Position numbers and translations under genes: made by a program. From Phycisphaeraceae bacterium (GTDB lineage Bacteria > Planctomycetota > Phycisphaerae > Phycisphaerales > Zrk34): a stretch of 51,902 nucleotides of DNA. Shown in pieces: positions 21,205-29,696 of the stretch. The stretch lies in contig JBBDRF010000019.1 of the NCBI GenBank assembly GCA_040905565.1, positions 1 to 51,902 of the forward strand. Direction: 5' to 3'. Positions within the stretch are counted from its first letter, which is position 1. Each line of letters begins with the position of its first letter. Under the pieces are notes generated by a model that saw nothing but the letters and a program-made list of their open reading frames with translations, was not told the DNA's origin and made no database searches.

Positions 21205-21633
21205 ATGCGTGGGAACTGGCTGAGCTATCTGTCGAAGAGCGCACTGACCTGCGTATGGGTGCTGATGTTGCTGTTGCCCGGCTGCAGCAGTCCAAAATCA
21301 GAGGCCGTAGAGACGGTCCGGAAGTTTGACGGGATCCGATTCCAGGCGGATGCAGAACTTTTCCAACAGTTGCAGCCTGATGAGAAAAAGGCTTCGGCCT
21401 GGTCGGTTTGGCCGGAGAGCTTCCAACAGTTGGACCCGGTGCGTGTGAAACCACACATGTTTGGGTTGTTGCTCGTGATCGAAGAGGGCAGTGATAAGGA
21501 AGCCGGAATCTATGTTGTTATGCATTCGACCGGACTTCCGCCTCAGGATGGCAGTGGCATCGTGCATGAGCGGATCACGCCACGACTCTATTGGGTCGAA
21601 CAAAAGATCAGACGGCCAGTCCGGCGTCACTGA
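21205..21633 (+). CDS. Hypothetical lipoprotein (REP-bracketed cargo)
   Basis: LLLPGC lipobox-like segment; visibly more AT-rich codons than its neighbours. Confidence 0.65.
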   Translation: MRGNWLSYLSKSALTCVWVLMLLLPGCSSPKSEAVETVRKFDGIRFQADAELFQQLQPDEKKASAWSVWPESFQQLDPVRVKPHMFGLLLVIEEGSDKEAGIYVVMHSTGLPPQDGSGIVHERITPRLYWVEQKIRRPVRRH

Positions 21634-21692
21634 ACCCAGCGATCAGCGGGGCCGAGGCCGACGAGCTCGCCGCCACTGGGTTGCCCCAAGCA

Positions 21693-21731
21693 CCCGGCCG
21701 TCTCGCTGAGCGCTCGCTGGCCGGGGCACCC
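21693..21731 (-). repeat. REP-like palindrome, family C, right copy
   Basis: Reverse complement reads gggtgccccggccagcgagcgctcagcgagacggccggg. Confidence 0.75.
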
Positions 21732-21737
21732 TTGATT

Positions 21738-22790
21738 TCAATTCGGCAGATGGATCGCGTCGATCATCATGCGGGCGGCCGAGGGCATGTAGAGCAGGAC
21801 GGAGTAGTGGTCGCCGGCGAGCCAGAGGTGGTTGCTTTCGCCGAGCGAGGCGGCGGCGGCGAGGGCGCGGGCGTTGGCGGCGGGGACGACCTGATCGTTG
21901 CTGGCACTGATGAGGTACGTCGTCGCGGGGTTCAGCCGATGCGCCAGCCGGGTGGGTTCGATCCGCTCGCACAGTTCACGCAGCCGTTCGCCTTCGAACC
22001 CCGCCCGCGCCAGGGCCTCTCGGATCGAAGCTGCTTCGCGGTGACCGTTGAGGAACATCTCGTAGAGGTTACCGCCGGCGAGCAGGATGAAGGCGTTGTC
22101 GAAGACGGGATCGACCGCCGCGGCGGCACTGGCGATGAACCCGCCGAGGCTGGTGCCCTGGATGCTGATGCGATCGTCCTCAACTTCGGGCAGGGCGGCG
22201 ATGACGTCCCGGGCCCGCCTGGCATCGGCGACGGCCTGCGTGCAGAGTTCAAAAAACAGCTCGCCTTCGAGCATGAACCGGTCGATCGGCCTGAGGCCGT
22301 AGCTGGGCATGTGCATTACGAAGGCGTGAATCCCCTGCTGCGAGAGAGCCCGAGCGAAGGCGCGCGAGATCAGCATCCGCCCATCAAGAATGTCCAGCAC
22401 CAGCACCGCGGGAGCGGACGCATCGGCAGCCACGCCCTCCGCAGCAAACCATTCAAGCACGACGGTGTTCACCGCTTCACCATCGTCTTCACGCGGCAAC
22501 GGCGAAGGGAACGTGAGCATCGTCTGCGCATCCGTTTTCAACCGCCCCTCCAACTGCAGCGTCTCACTCGGTGAAGCAATCCGCTTCACGTCGAACGTTT
22601 GACGCTCCCAGCGGAACTGATCGAGCATTGCTGCGGCATCGGTGCCGGGCTCCGCCTCGGCCATGAGCGTATCCGTTGCCTGGTAATGCTCAGTCGTACC
22701 GGCGGCCTGCGCCCCCGCAGCCGAGGTCGCCAGCGCGACAGCCATCGTGAAAACACCCACAACGCATTTAGGAAAGCGACTGATGCTCAT
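21738..22790 (-). CDS. Secreted alpha/beta hydrolase
   Basis: GTSLGG nucleophile elbow, DQVV Asp, GDH His. Confidence 0.85.
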   Translation of the reverse strand: MSISRFPKCVVGVFTMAVALATSAAGAQAAGTTEHYQATDTLMAEAEPGTDAAAMLDQFRWERQTFDVKRIASPSETLQLEGRLKTDAQTMLTFPSPLPREDDGEAVNTVVLEWFAAEGVAADASAPAVLVLDILDGRMLISRAFARALSQQGIHAFVMHMPSYGLRPIDRFMLEGELFFELCTQAVADARRARDVIAALPEVEDDRISIQGTSLGGFIASAAAAVDPVFDNAFILLAGGNLYEMFLNGHREAASIREALARAGFEGERLRELCERIEPTRLAHRLNPATTYLISASNDQVVPAANARALAAAASLGESNHLWLAGDHYSVLLYMPSAARMMIDAIHLPN

Positions 22791-22828
22791 GCCCGCATCT
22801 TAGCGTGACGCCCGACGGCGATCCCAAT

Positions 22829-23129
22829 GCCGGAATACGAGCCGCGACCGTAAGGAAGCGGACCGGCGTCGCGGCTCTGTGCGTGCGCGATCTCCCATCC
22901 AATGTCACGACCGGGTTGGGGACAATACGCTCTTCGAGAACGCACAACCGCCACCACTCCCGTACCAGCCTTTTTCATCTGTTGTGTAAGTCGTTGATTT
23001 TCCCCGGTAGCCGAGGCCACCTTTCGCATACACGGCGTGCGCGAAGTCTTGGCGCACAACCGCTCCCTTACGGTCGCGGCTCGTTTTCAGCGCTAAGCGA
23101 TCAGCTCAAGACTGTTACGGGCGCGGCTC
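22829..23129. repeat. REPIN/BIME-like composite of family A REPs (acgagccgcgaccgtaagggagcgg)
   Basis: Copies at 22837-22861 (+) and 23060-23084 (-), plus a split copy at about 22953-22965 / 23115-23129. Confidence 0.8.
22966..23114. mobile_element. Degenerate MITE inserted in a REP loop (copy 2)
   Basis: Left end cagcctttttcatctgttgtgtaa, right end reduced to aagactg, flanked by gtac/ttac; interior homologous to 29466-29651. Confidence 0.6.
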
Positions 23130-23173
23130 AAAGGTGGATGCCGATCCGGGCCTGATCGTTTATCCTGCTCAGG

Positions 23174-24796
23174 ATGAACTTTGCCAAGCCTTTGCTTTTG
23201 ATCTTCGCAGCCGTGGCGATTGTGCTCATCGCCGGCACCTTCCGCACGAGCGAGCTTTCGGACCGTCCGCTGCACGGCGACGAAGCGGTGAACATGTTCA
23301 AGTTCAAAACGCTCTACGACGACGGCACGTACATCTACGACACAGCCGACTACCACGGCCCGACGCTGCCTTACCTGACGCTGATCGCCGCAGCCGTGCA
23401 TGAAGCGAACGACTTCGAATCGTTCCCGCCTAGCATGTACCGTGCCGTGGCCGTGGCGGCAGGGCTGGCGCTGGTGGCCCTGACATTCCTGCTGGCGCCG
23501 GGCATCGGCTACGGGGCGGCAGCCTTTGCGGCGCTGCTTGTGGCGGTCTCGCCGGCGATGGTGTTTTACAGCCGATACTACATTCACGAGATGCCGTTGG
23601 TCGTCTTCACGGTGCTGGCGATCCTGGCAGGCTGGCGCTATGCCGTGACGGGGAAGCTGACGTGGGCGCTGGGGCTGGGCGTGGCGCTGGCGCTGATGCA
23701 TGCGACGAAGGAGACGGCCATTATCACCTGGTTCGCCGCAGGCGTGGCCACGCTTGCTCTGCTCGCTGACCATCATCGCCACCACCTGAACCTCGACACA
23801 GCGCGGAATCTCGTGACGCATCACATGCTCGCCGCCGTTGTGGCCGGCGTCGCGTGGGTGGTGATCGCCGTGGTGTTATTCTCCGCCTTCTTCACGCACG
23901 CTCGGGGCCCGCTGGATTCGGTGCTCGCGTTCCTGGCCTACTTCGATCGCGGCACGGGCGGCGAGCCGTTGCATGTGCAGCCCTGGCACTACTACTTCAC
24001 GCTCCTCGGCTGGCACCGCCCGGTGCAGCCGTTGATCTGGACCGAAGCGTTAACGCTGAGCCTTGCGTCGGTCGGCCTGATCGCCGCGGCGGCGGGTAGA
24101 GGCATCGCACCGCGTCACCTATCAATGGTGCGATGGCTTGCGGTTTTCACGGTGACGATGATCGCTGTGTATGCCTTCATTCCCTATAAAACACCTTGGA
24201 ATGTGCTCAGCTTCCTGTATGGCTTGATGCTGCTGGCGGGCGTCGGGCTGATGGTGCTGGCGTGGTCGATCCCGCGCTGGATCGGCACGAAGCTCACCGC
24301 TCATCGCCCAGCCTTCGTGGCCGTGCCGCTTGCGGTGATCGTGCTCGTCCCCGTGGGCTGGGCGACATGGCAGCTTTCGACGCAGACGCAGACCACCATC
24401 AGTGCCCGCTTCAACAGCGACCGTCGCAACCCGTACGTTTACGCTCACCCTTCCCGTCGCGTGGTGGAGCTCGGCGATCGGCTCAACGAGCTTGCGTCGA
24501 TTCACGAACTCGGCACGGAAACGCCCGTACAGCTTTACGATCAGGGCAACTACTGGCCGTTCCCGTGGTACGTTCGGCAGCTGGAGAACGTGGGCTACTT
24601 CGACCACCTGCCGACCGAAGATCTCCGCGGGCCGATCGTGCTCATCGAAGCGCACATGGACGACGACGCGAAGCTTTGGGAAGCGCTCGGCGAAACGCAC
24701 GCCGGCCCGTTCTACGCCGGCATCCGCCCCGACCACACCCTCGCCCTGTATGTCCGCAAAGATCTGTGGGAAACCTACATCGACCGCCGCCGTTAA
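23174..24796 (+). CDS. GT-C/PMT-like membrane protein, TIGR03663 (Agl23-like) family
   Basis: LHGDEAVN, YHGP, SPAMVFYSRY, ATKE, YKTPW, WPFPWY; many TM segments. Confidence 0.8.
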   Translation: MNFAKPLLLIFAAVAIVLIAGTFRTSELSDRPLHGDEAVNMFKFKTLYDDGTYIYDTADYHGPTLPYLTLIAAAVHEANDFESFPPSMYRAVAVAAGLALVALTFLLAPGIGYGAAAFAALLVAVSPAMVFYSRYYIHEMPLVVFTVLAILAGWRYAVTGKLTWALGLGVALALMHATKETAIITWFAAGVATLALLADHHRHHLNLDTARNLVTHHMLAAVVAGVAWVVIAVVLFSAFFTHARGPLDSVLAFLAYFDRGTGGEPLHVQPWHYYFTLLGWHRPVQPLIWTEALTLSLASVGLIAAAAGRGIAPRHLSMVRWLAVFTVTMIAVYAFIPYKTPWNVLSFLYGLMLLAGVGLMVLAWSIPRWIGTKLTAHRPAFVAVPLAVIVLVPVGWATWQLSTQTQTTISARFNSDRRNPYVYAHPSRRVVELGDRLNELASIHELGTETPVQLYDQGNYWPFPWYVRQLENVGYFDHLPTEDLRGPIVLIEAHMDDDAKLWEALGETHAGPFYAGIRPDHTLALYVRKDLWETYIDRRR

Positions 24797-25111
24797 CGCA
24801 CGCCCTCATCGCAAGGAGTGTGCGCCAGACTGTGGACCGATCGACGATGAAGCGTGCCGTTGACAACGAGCCGCGCACGTCAGTAAGCGGTTGTGCGTCC
24901 CGATCGCGGCGGATCGTGACGACGCCCCCCGGTTGCGATCGCTTCGCTGCCCGAGGCATCCTGTGGCAAGAACCTCAACTGGTCGCGTTCTCCAAGTCTA
25001 GACGTTGGGTGGGAGATCGTGCACGCATGCCGAGGCGCGACGCCGCACCGCTCCCTTACGGTCGCGGCTCGTATTCCGGCTTCTGCCCACAATCTGACGC
25101 ACGCCCTCATC
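24796..25111. repeat. Family A REP doublet bounded by a 15-bp direct repeat
   Basis: REPs at 24866-24890 (+) and 25048-25072 (-); acgcacgccctcatc at 24796-24810 and 25097-25111. Confidence 0.75.
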
Positions 25112-25159
25112 ACACGGCGACGAGTTGCGCCGCGATTGGGGCCGCGTTATGATGCCCCC

Positions 25160-26587
25160 ATGAGTAAGGCCCAGAAACCGTGGGAGCACGCCAAGAGCGG
25201 CGGCTCGGAACAGGACGCCATCGCTGAGCGGTTCGTCGAATCCATCAGCTACGACACCCGCATGTATCGCCAGGACATCGTCGGCTCGCTCGCCCATGCA
25301 CGCATGCTGCGCCATGTCGAGCTGCTTAATGACGACGAACTGGCGGCCATCGAAAACGGGCTGCGTGAGATTCAGCACGAGATCGAGCAGACCGGCGTCA
25401 CCGGCTGGGGCGGCTGGAAGGTCGAGCTCGAAGACGTGCATATGTGCATCGAAGCGGCGCTCATCGAGAAGATCGGCGAGCCCGGCCGCAAGCTGCACAC
25501 CGGCCGAAGCCGAAACGATCAGGTCGCGCTCGACCTCAAGCTCTGGATCGACGACGCCCTTCGCATCCTCAGCGACGATTTCGACGCCCTCTTCCGCGCC
25601 CTCGCCGACATGGCGGAGCGCAACGGCGACACCGTCATGCCCAGCTACACCCACCTTCAGCGCGCCCAGCCGATCGCAGCGGGCGGCGAACTGATGAGTT
25701 GGCTCACCGCCTTCGACCGCTGCCTGAATCGGCTGATGATGATGCGCGTGATCGACACCGGTAACCCCCTCGGGGCGGGCGCCATCGCAGGCACTTCGCT
25801 CCCGCTCGATCGCGATCACACCGCCGAGGCCCTGAAGGTCGGCGAGCCCACGCCCAGCAGCATCGACGCCACCGCCTCGCGCGACGATGCAGTCGATTTC
25901 GTCTACGGCCTCAGCATGACGGCCATGACCCTCTCCCGCTGGGCCGAGCAGTGGATCATCTACATGACCAGCGAATTCGGCTTTCTCGCCATCGGCGATG
26001 CGTACACGACCGGCTCCTCGATGATGCCTCAGAAACGCAACCCCGACATGCTCGAACTCGTCCGCGGTCGGTGCGGCAATGTCTACGGCAGCCTCGTCGC
26101 CCTGCTCACCACGCTCAAGGGCCTGCCGATCGGCTACAACCGTGATCTGCAGGAAGACAAACGCCACGTCTTCGCCGCCTTCGATGTGATCCACGACAGC
26201 CTCCGCGTCGCAGCGGGCATCGTCCGCTCAGCGAACTTCCAGGGCGACCGCATCGCCCGCGACATCGACCTCGGTTTCGCCGATGCCACCAGCCTCGCCG
26301 ACTACCTCGTGAACCGCGGCATCCCCTTCCGTACGGCCCACCAACTCGTCGGGCAGCTCGTCCGCCGCTGCGATGAGCAGCAGATCAATAAGCTCGCCGA
26401 CCTGCCCCTTGAGCAGATGCGCGAAGTGTGCGATCGCATCAACGAAGATGTGCGCGACTACCTCGGGGCCGCCAACGTGATCCGCCGGTATCGGTCGGCC
26501 GGCAACGCGGGACTCAGCGGCTACCGGGCGGTGCTCACGCAATGGCAGCAACGGCTCGCGCGCGACGAAGATGAGCCTCAGGAATAA
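25160..26587 (+). CDS. argH: Argininosuccinate lyase
   Basis: LHTGRSRNDQ, YTHLQRAQP, TGSSMMPQKRNPD, YNRDLQEDK. Confidence 0.96.
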   Translation: MSKAQKPWEHAKSGGSEQDAIAERFVESISYDTRMYRQDIVGSLAHARMLRHVELLNDDELAAIENGLREIQHEIEQTGVTGWGGWKVELEDVHMCIEAALIEKIGEPGRKLHTGRSRNDQVALDLKLWIDDALRILSDDFDALFRALADMAERNGDTVMPSYTHLQRAQPIAAGGELMSWLTAFDRCLNRLMMMRVIDTGNPLGAGAIAGTSLPLDRDHTAEALKVGEPTPSSIDATASRDDAVDFVYGLSMTAMTLSRWAEQWIIYMTSEFGFLAIGDAYTTGSSMMPQKRNPDMLELVRGRCGNVYGSLVALLTTLKGLPIGYNRDLQEDKRHVFAAFDVIHDSLRVAAGIVRSANFQGDRIARDIDLGFADATSLADYLVNRGIPFRTAHQLVGQLVRRCDEQQINKLADLPLEQMREVCDRINEDVRDYLGAANVIRRYRSAGNAGLSGYRAVLTQWQQRLARDEDEPQE

Positions 26588-26712
26588 TCAAAAACGCCGA
26601 GCGGCTCTCGATAAACAGAAATTTCACAAAAAGCCCAGAACTCCGCCGCCGACATCGCGTACAATAGGTGGAACTCAAGCGAGCAACCCCTCGCCTTCAA
26701 GAGAACGACCCC

Positions 26713-26820
26713 ATGACCCATGTGCTGAACAACCCGGCCAAGATGAACACCGCAGCAACGGTAGCGATGGCGCGCCTTCGCAACTGGTTTATCTGCGGCC
26801 ATCATGATCGCGGCTCGTAG
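26713..26820 (+). CDS. Putative leader peptide (35 aa, MTHVLNNPAKMNTAATVAMARLRNWFICGHHDRGS)
   Basis: Short ORF downstream of TACAAT. Its stop region can pair with the 5' arm of the following terminator. Confidence 0.55.
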   Translation: MTHVLNNPAKMNTAATVAMARLRNWFICGHHDRGS

Positions 26821-26852
26821 GCACAGGGACCTCATCAAGACGGAACCCAACG

Positions 26853-26882
26853 CCCGCGAGTCGCAAGACCGCGGGTTTTTTT
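26853..26882 (+). terminator. Intrinsic terminator / attenuator hairpin
   Basis: cccgcg(a)gtc-gcaa-gaccgcggg-ttttttt, 27 nt before the next ATG. Confidence 0.8.
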
Positions 26883-26909
26883 GTGGAAAAGAAAAAAGAG
26901 AGCACACCA

Positions 26910-27488
26910 ATGACCACTGCCCAACCATTACGAAAGAAGCCCAGCGCTCCACCGCCTATCAACGCGGTCAGCCGTGAGATCGACGGCGAACCGGCCCTCG
27001 AGCGGCAGGCTGTCCGTTTCCTCATCGCCCACCGCCTGGGCAGGTTGATGACGTTCGATCCGGTCACCGACGAGCCCTGGGTTACACCGGTTCATTACGT
27101 GCTCGGTTCCGACGGCGCGCTGGTCACGCACCTGCCCGCCGGTGCCGAGCACGTCCAGGCCATCCGCCGCGGCGGCGCCTCGCTGCTCAGCGTCTACACC
27201 CGCAACGCCTACGTCCCTGACCAGCTGCGCGACGATGACGGTCAGCCGACCGCCCGGGCTGTGCGGCAGGTGCAGGCTGAGGTCGACACCCGCATCATCG
27301 ACTCGCCCGATCAGGTGGCCGATGTGCTGCGTCGGCAAGTGGCGTCGGTGCTGCGGGCGATCGGGCAGGAGTCCGAAGGCGATGAAGCCGCCCGCGCGCC
27401 GCTCTCGACGCTGGAGCAACTGGTCGTCGTGAAGATGGATATCGAAAACGTCCGCGTCCGCCTCCACGAGTCGCTCGACGCCGCGTAA
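26910..27488 (+). CDS. PaiB-like FMN-binding split-barrel protein (divergent)
   Basis: FLIAHRLGRLMT...PWVTPVHYV...LVTHL...NAYVP pattern of the PaiB/pyridoxamine-oxidase-like fold. Confidence 0.65.
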   Translation: MTTAQPLRKKPSAPPPINAVSREIDGEPALERQAVRFLIAHRLGRLMTFDPVTDEPWVTPVHYVLGSDGALVTHLPAGAEHVQAIRRGGASLLSVYTRNAYVPDQLRDDDGQPTARAVRQVQAEVDTRIIDSPDQVADVLRRQVASVLRAIGQESEGDEAARAPLSTLEQLVVVKMDIENVRVRLHESLDAA

Positions 27489-27504
27489 TCCCTCCTTACC
27501 CCAG

Positions 27505-27616
27505 GGGTGCCCCGGCCAGCGAGCGCAGCGAGACGGCCGGGCTTCTTGGTAGACCGAACGCATCACCGCCCCCCGGACACCCGGTGGTCTGGCTTAACGC
27601 TCTGGCCGGGGCACCC
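27505..27616. repeat. Family C REP doublet (REPIN) with no cargo gene
   Basis: gggtgccccggccagcgagcgcagcgagacggccggg at 27505-27541 and an inverted degenerate copy at 27580-27616. Confidence 0.75.
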
Positions 27617-27641
27617 TTCGAGTCGGACATGCAAACCTTCC

Positions 27642-27675
27642 AAAGCCCGGCCCACTTCGGCGGCCGGGCTTTTTT
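27642..27675 (+). terminator. Intrinsic terminator
   Basis: aaagcccggcc-cacttcggc-ggccgggctttttt. Confidence 0.8.
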
Positions 27676-27688
27676 GTATGATGCCGCC

Positions 27689-28678
27689 ATGCGTGAACTG
27701 GCTTTGCTTGAACATATCTACGCTCAGAGCGGCAACCTCGGGCGGCGCGTCATCGTCGGGCCCGGCGACGACATGGCGGTGCTCCGCCTCGCCGGCAGTG
27801 ATCTGCTCATCGCTGTCGATCAGATCGCCGACGGCGTCCACTTCGACAGTGCCTGCGATTCACTCGATCGCATCGGTCGCAAGGCCGTGACGCGGAACCT
27901 TTCTGATGTCGCCGCCATGGCCGCCGTCCCCGTCGCCGCGGTCGCCTCAGCGATGCTGCCGCGCACGCTCGGCGAGGACAAGGCTCAGCAGCTGTTCAAC
28001 GCGATGCAGGCCGTCGGCCGGGCCTACGACTGTCCGCTGGTGGGCGGCGACGTGGGAATGTGGGAGCAGCCGTTGCAGATCTCCGTCACCGTCCTCGCCG
28101 AGCCCGGCCACGTCGCACCCGTCCTCCGCAGCACCGCAAAACCCGGCGACATCGTCTTCGTCAGCGGCCACCTCGGCAACGCCTGGCCCCCCACCCCCCC
28201 CACCTCTGCCCCTACTGTTTCGCCGACGGGTGCCGGGGATACACCGAACCACGCCGCCGATTTCGAGCCACGTCTTGCACTGGCGCACGCACTGGCCCAG
28301 CGCCTTGGGCCCGCCCTCCACAGCATGATCGATCTCTCCGACGGCCTCGGCAGCGACCTTCAGCGCATCTGCGAGCAGTCCCACGTGCAGGCGATGCTCG
28401 ACGTTTCGCACTTACCGCTGCGCCAAGCCGCCCGTCCCCGGCCCGACCTGCACGCCCCCTGGGAAGCGGCCCTGTACGACGGCGAAGATTACGAACTCTG
28501 TTTCACCGTCGCCCCCGAAGCCGCTGCCGATCTGCCCGACACCCTCGCCGATGTCCCGCTCGCGCGTGTCGGGAAAATCGTCGCCGCAGGCAGCGGAGCG
28601 ACCGGTAAAGTCCAGCTAACATTGCCCGATGGCCGCGTGCAATCGCCATCACGCGGTGGATGGGAACACCAAGGATGA
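27689..28678 (+). CDS. thiL: Thiamine-monophosphate kinase
   Basis: GPGDDMA, DGVHF, RNLSDVAAM, VGGD, MIDLSDGL, GEDYELCFT. Confidence 0.93.
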   Translation: MRELALLEHIYAQSGNLGRRVIVGPGDDMAVLRLAGSDLLIAVDQIADGVHFDSACDSLDRIGRKAVTRNLSDVAAMAAVPVAAVASAMLPRTLGEDKAQQLFNAMQAVGRAYDCPLVGGDVGMWEQPLQISVTVLAEPGHVAPVLRSTAKPGDIVFVSGHLGNAWPPTPPTSAPTVSPTGAGDTPNHAADFEPRLALAHALAQRLGPALHSMIDLSDGLGSDLQRICEQSHVQAMLDVSHLPLRQAARPRPDLHAPWEAALYDGEDYELCFTVAPEAAADLPDTLADVPLARVGKIVAAGSGATGKVQLTLPDGRVQSPSRGGWEHQG

Positions 28679-29331
28679 ACACTGTGCCGACGACGCAATT
28701 CCAACTCGAAAGCCGCTCCGACCTCCGAACGCTCCGCCTCGGTCAGGCCCTGGCGAAGCTGCTCGAACCCGGCGACGTGGTCGCCATGACCGGCTCGCTC
28801 GGGGCTGGCAAAACCCAGCTCGTGCGCGGCATCGCCGTCGGGCTCGACGTCAGCGAAAACCTCGTCTCCAGCCCCACCTTCGTGCTGATGAACGAGTACC
28901 CCGGCCGGCTCCCCGTCGTGCACATCGACGCGTATCGGCTGGCGGACATGGAAGAACTTGATACAATCGGCTGGTCGCCCGAGTTGCTGGAGGAAGCGGT
29001 CACGCTCGTTGAATGGGCCGACCGCATCGAGGCTGAGCTGCCGCGCGACTACCTGAAAATTGATCTCGAACACATCGCCGAGAACACACGGGAACTGCAT
29101 TTCACCGGGCACGGCCGCTGGGCTCAGCGCCTCGGTGAAGCGGAGCGCACGCTGACGGCAGCCCTCAAAACCGTCTCCTGTCCCGTCTGCAAACGGACCG
29201 TCGAGCAGGACGTAGCAAGCTTTCCCTTCTGCTCCTCGCGCTGCCGCATGGTCGATCTGAACAAGTGGTTCACCGAAGACTACCGCATCAGCCGCCCGGC
29301 TGAGGAACAGGATTTTGACGACCACTTCTGA
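28675..29331 (+). CDS. tsaE: tRNA t6A biosynthesis ATPase TsaE fused to a C-terminal YacG (gyrase inhibitor) zinc finger
   Basis: GSLGAGKT, SSPTF, HIDAYRL, VEWAD; then CPVC...FPFCSSRCRMVDLNKWFTEDYRI. Confidence 0.9.
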   Translation: MNTVPTTQFQLESRSDLRTLRLGQALAKLLEPGDVVAMTGSLGAGKTQLVRGIAVGLDVSENLVSSPTFVLMNEYPGRLPVVHIDAYRLADMEELDTIGWSPELLEEAVTLVEWADRIEAELPRDYLKIDLEHIAENTRELHFTGHGRWAQRLGEAERTLTAALKTVSCPVCKRTVEQDVASFPFCSSRCRMVDLNKWFTEDYRISRPAEEQDFDDHF

Positions 29332-29343
29332 GGGGTTTTGACG

Positions 29344-29668
29344 ACGAGCCGCGACCGTGACGGAGCGGTTGTGCGTAGAGCCTTGGCGAGCTGCCCCGTT
29401 TTCGTTGAGCCACGCTGCGCCTGAAACCAAGACACTCTAGGCCCAGCACACCACCGCTCCCTTACCAGTCTTTTTCATCTCTTGCGTAAGTCGTTGATTT
29501 TCGTCGGTAGCCGAGGCCGAGTCGCGTGGGCGGTCGGCGCGCAAAATCTTGGCGCACAACCGCTCCCTTACGGTCGCGGCTCGTAATCAGCGATGTGAAT
29601 TATCCTAAGAAACCAGCCTTCATCCGTTTACGCAACAGATGAAAAAGACTGTTACGGTCGCGGCTCGT
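29344..29668. repeat. REPIN-like composite of family A REPs
   Basis: Copies at 29344-29368 (+) and 29560-29584 (-), plus a split copy at 29454-29465 / 29652-29668. Confidence 0.8.
29466..29651. mobile_element. 186-bp MITE with 24-bp TIRs and TTAC target duplication, inserted in a REP loop
   Basis: cagtctttttcatctcttgcgtaa (29466-29489) and ttacgcaacagatgaaaaagactg (29628-29651), 23/24 match; ttac at 29462-29465 and 29652-29655. Confidence 0.8.
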
Positions 29669-29696
29669 GTTGAGCGCTCGTATCGAGCGTTCTGCC

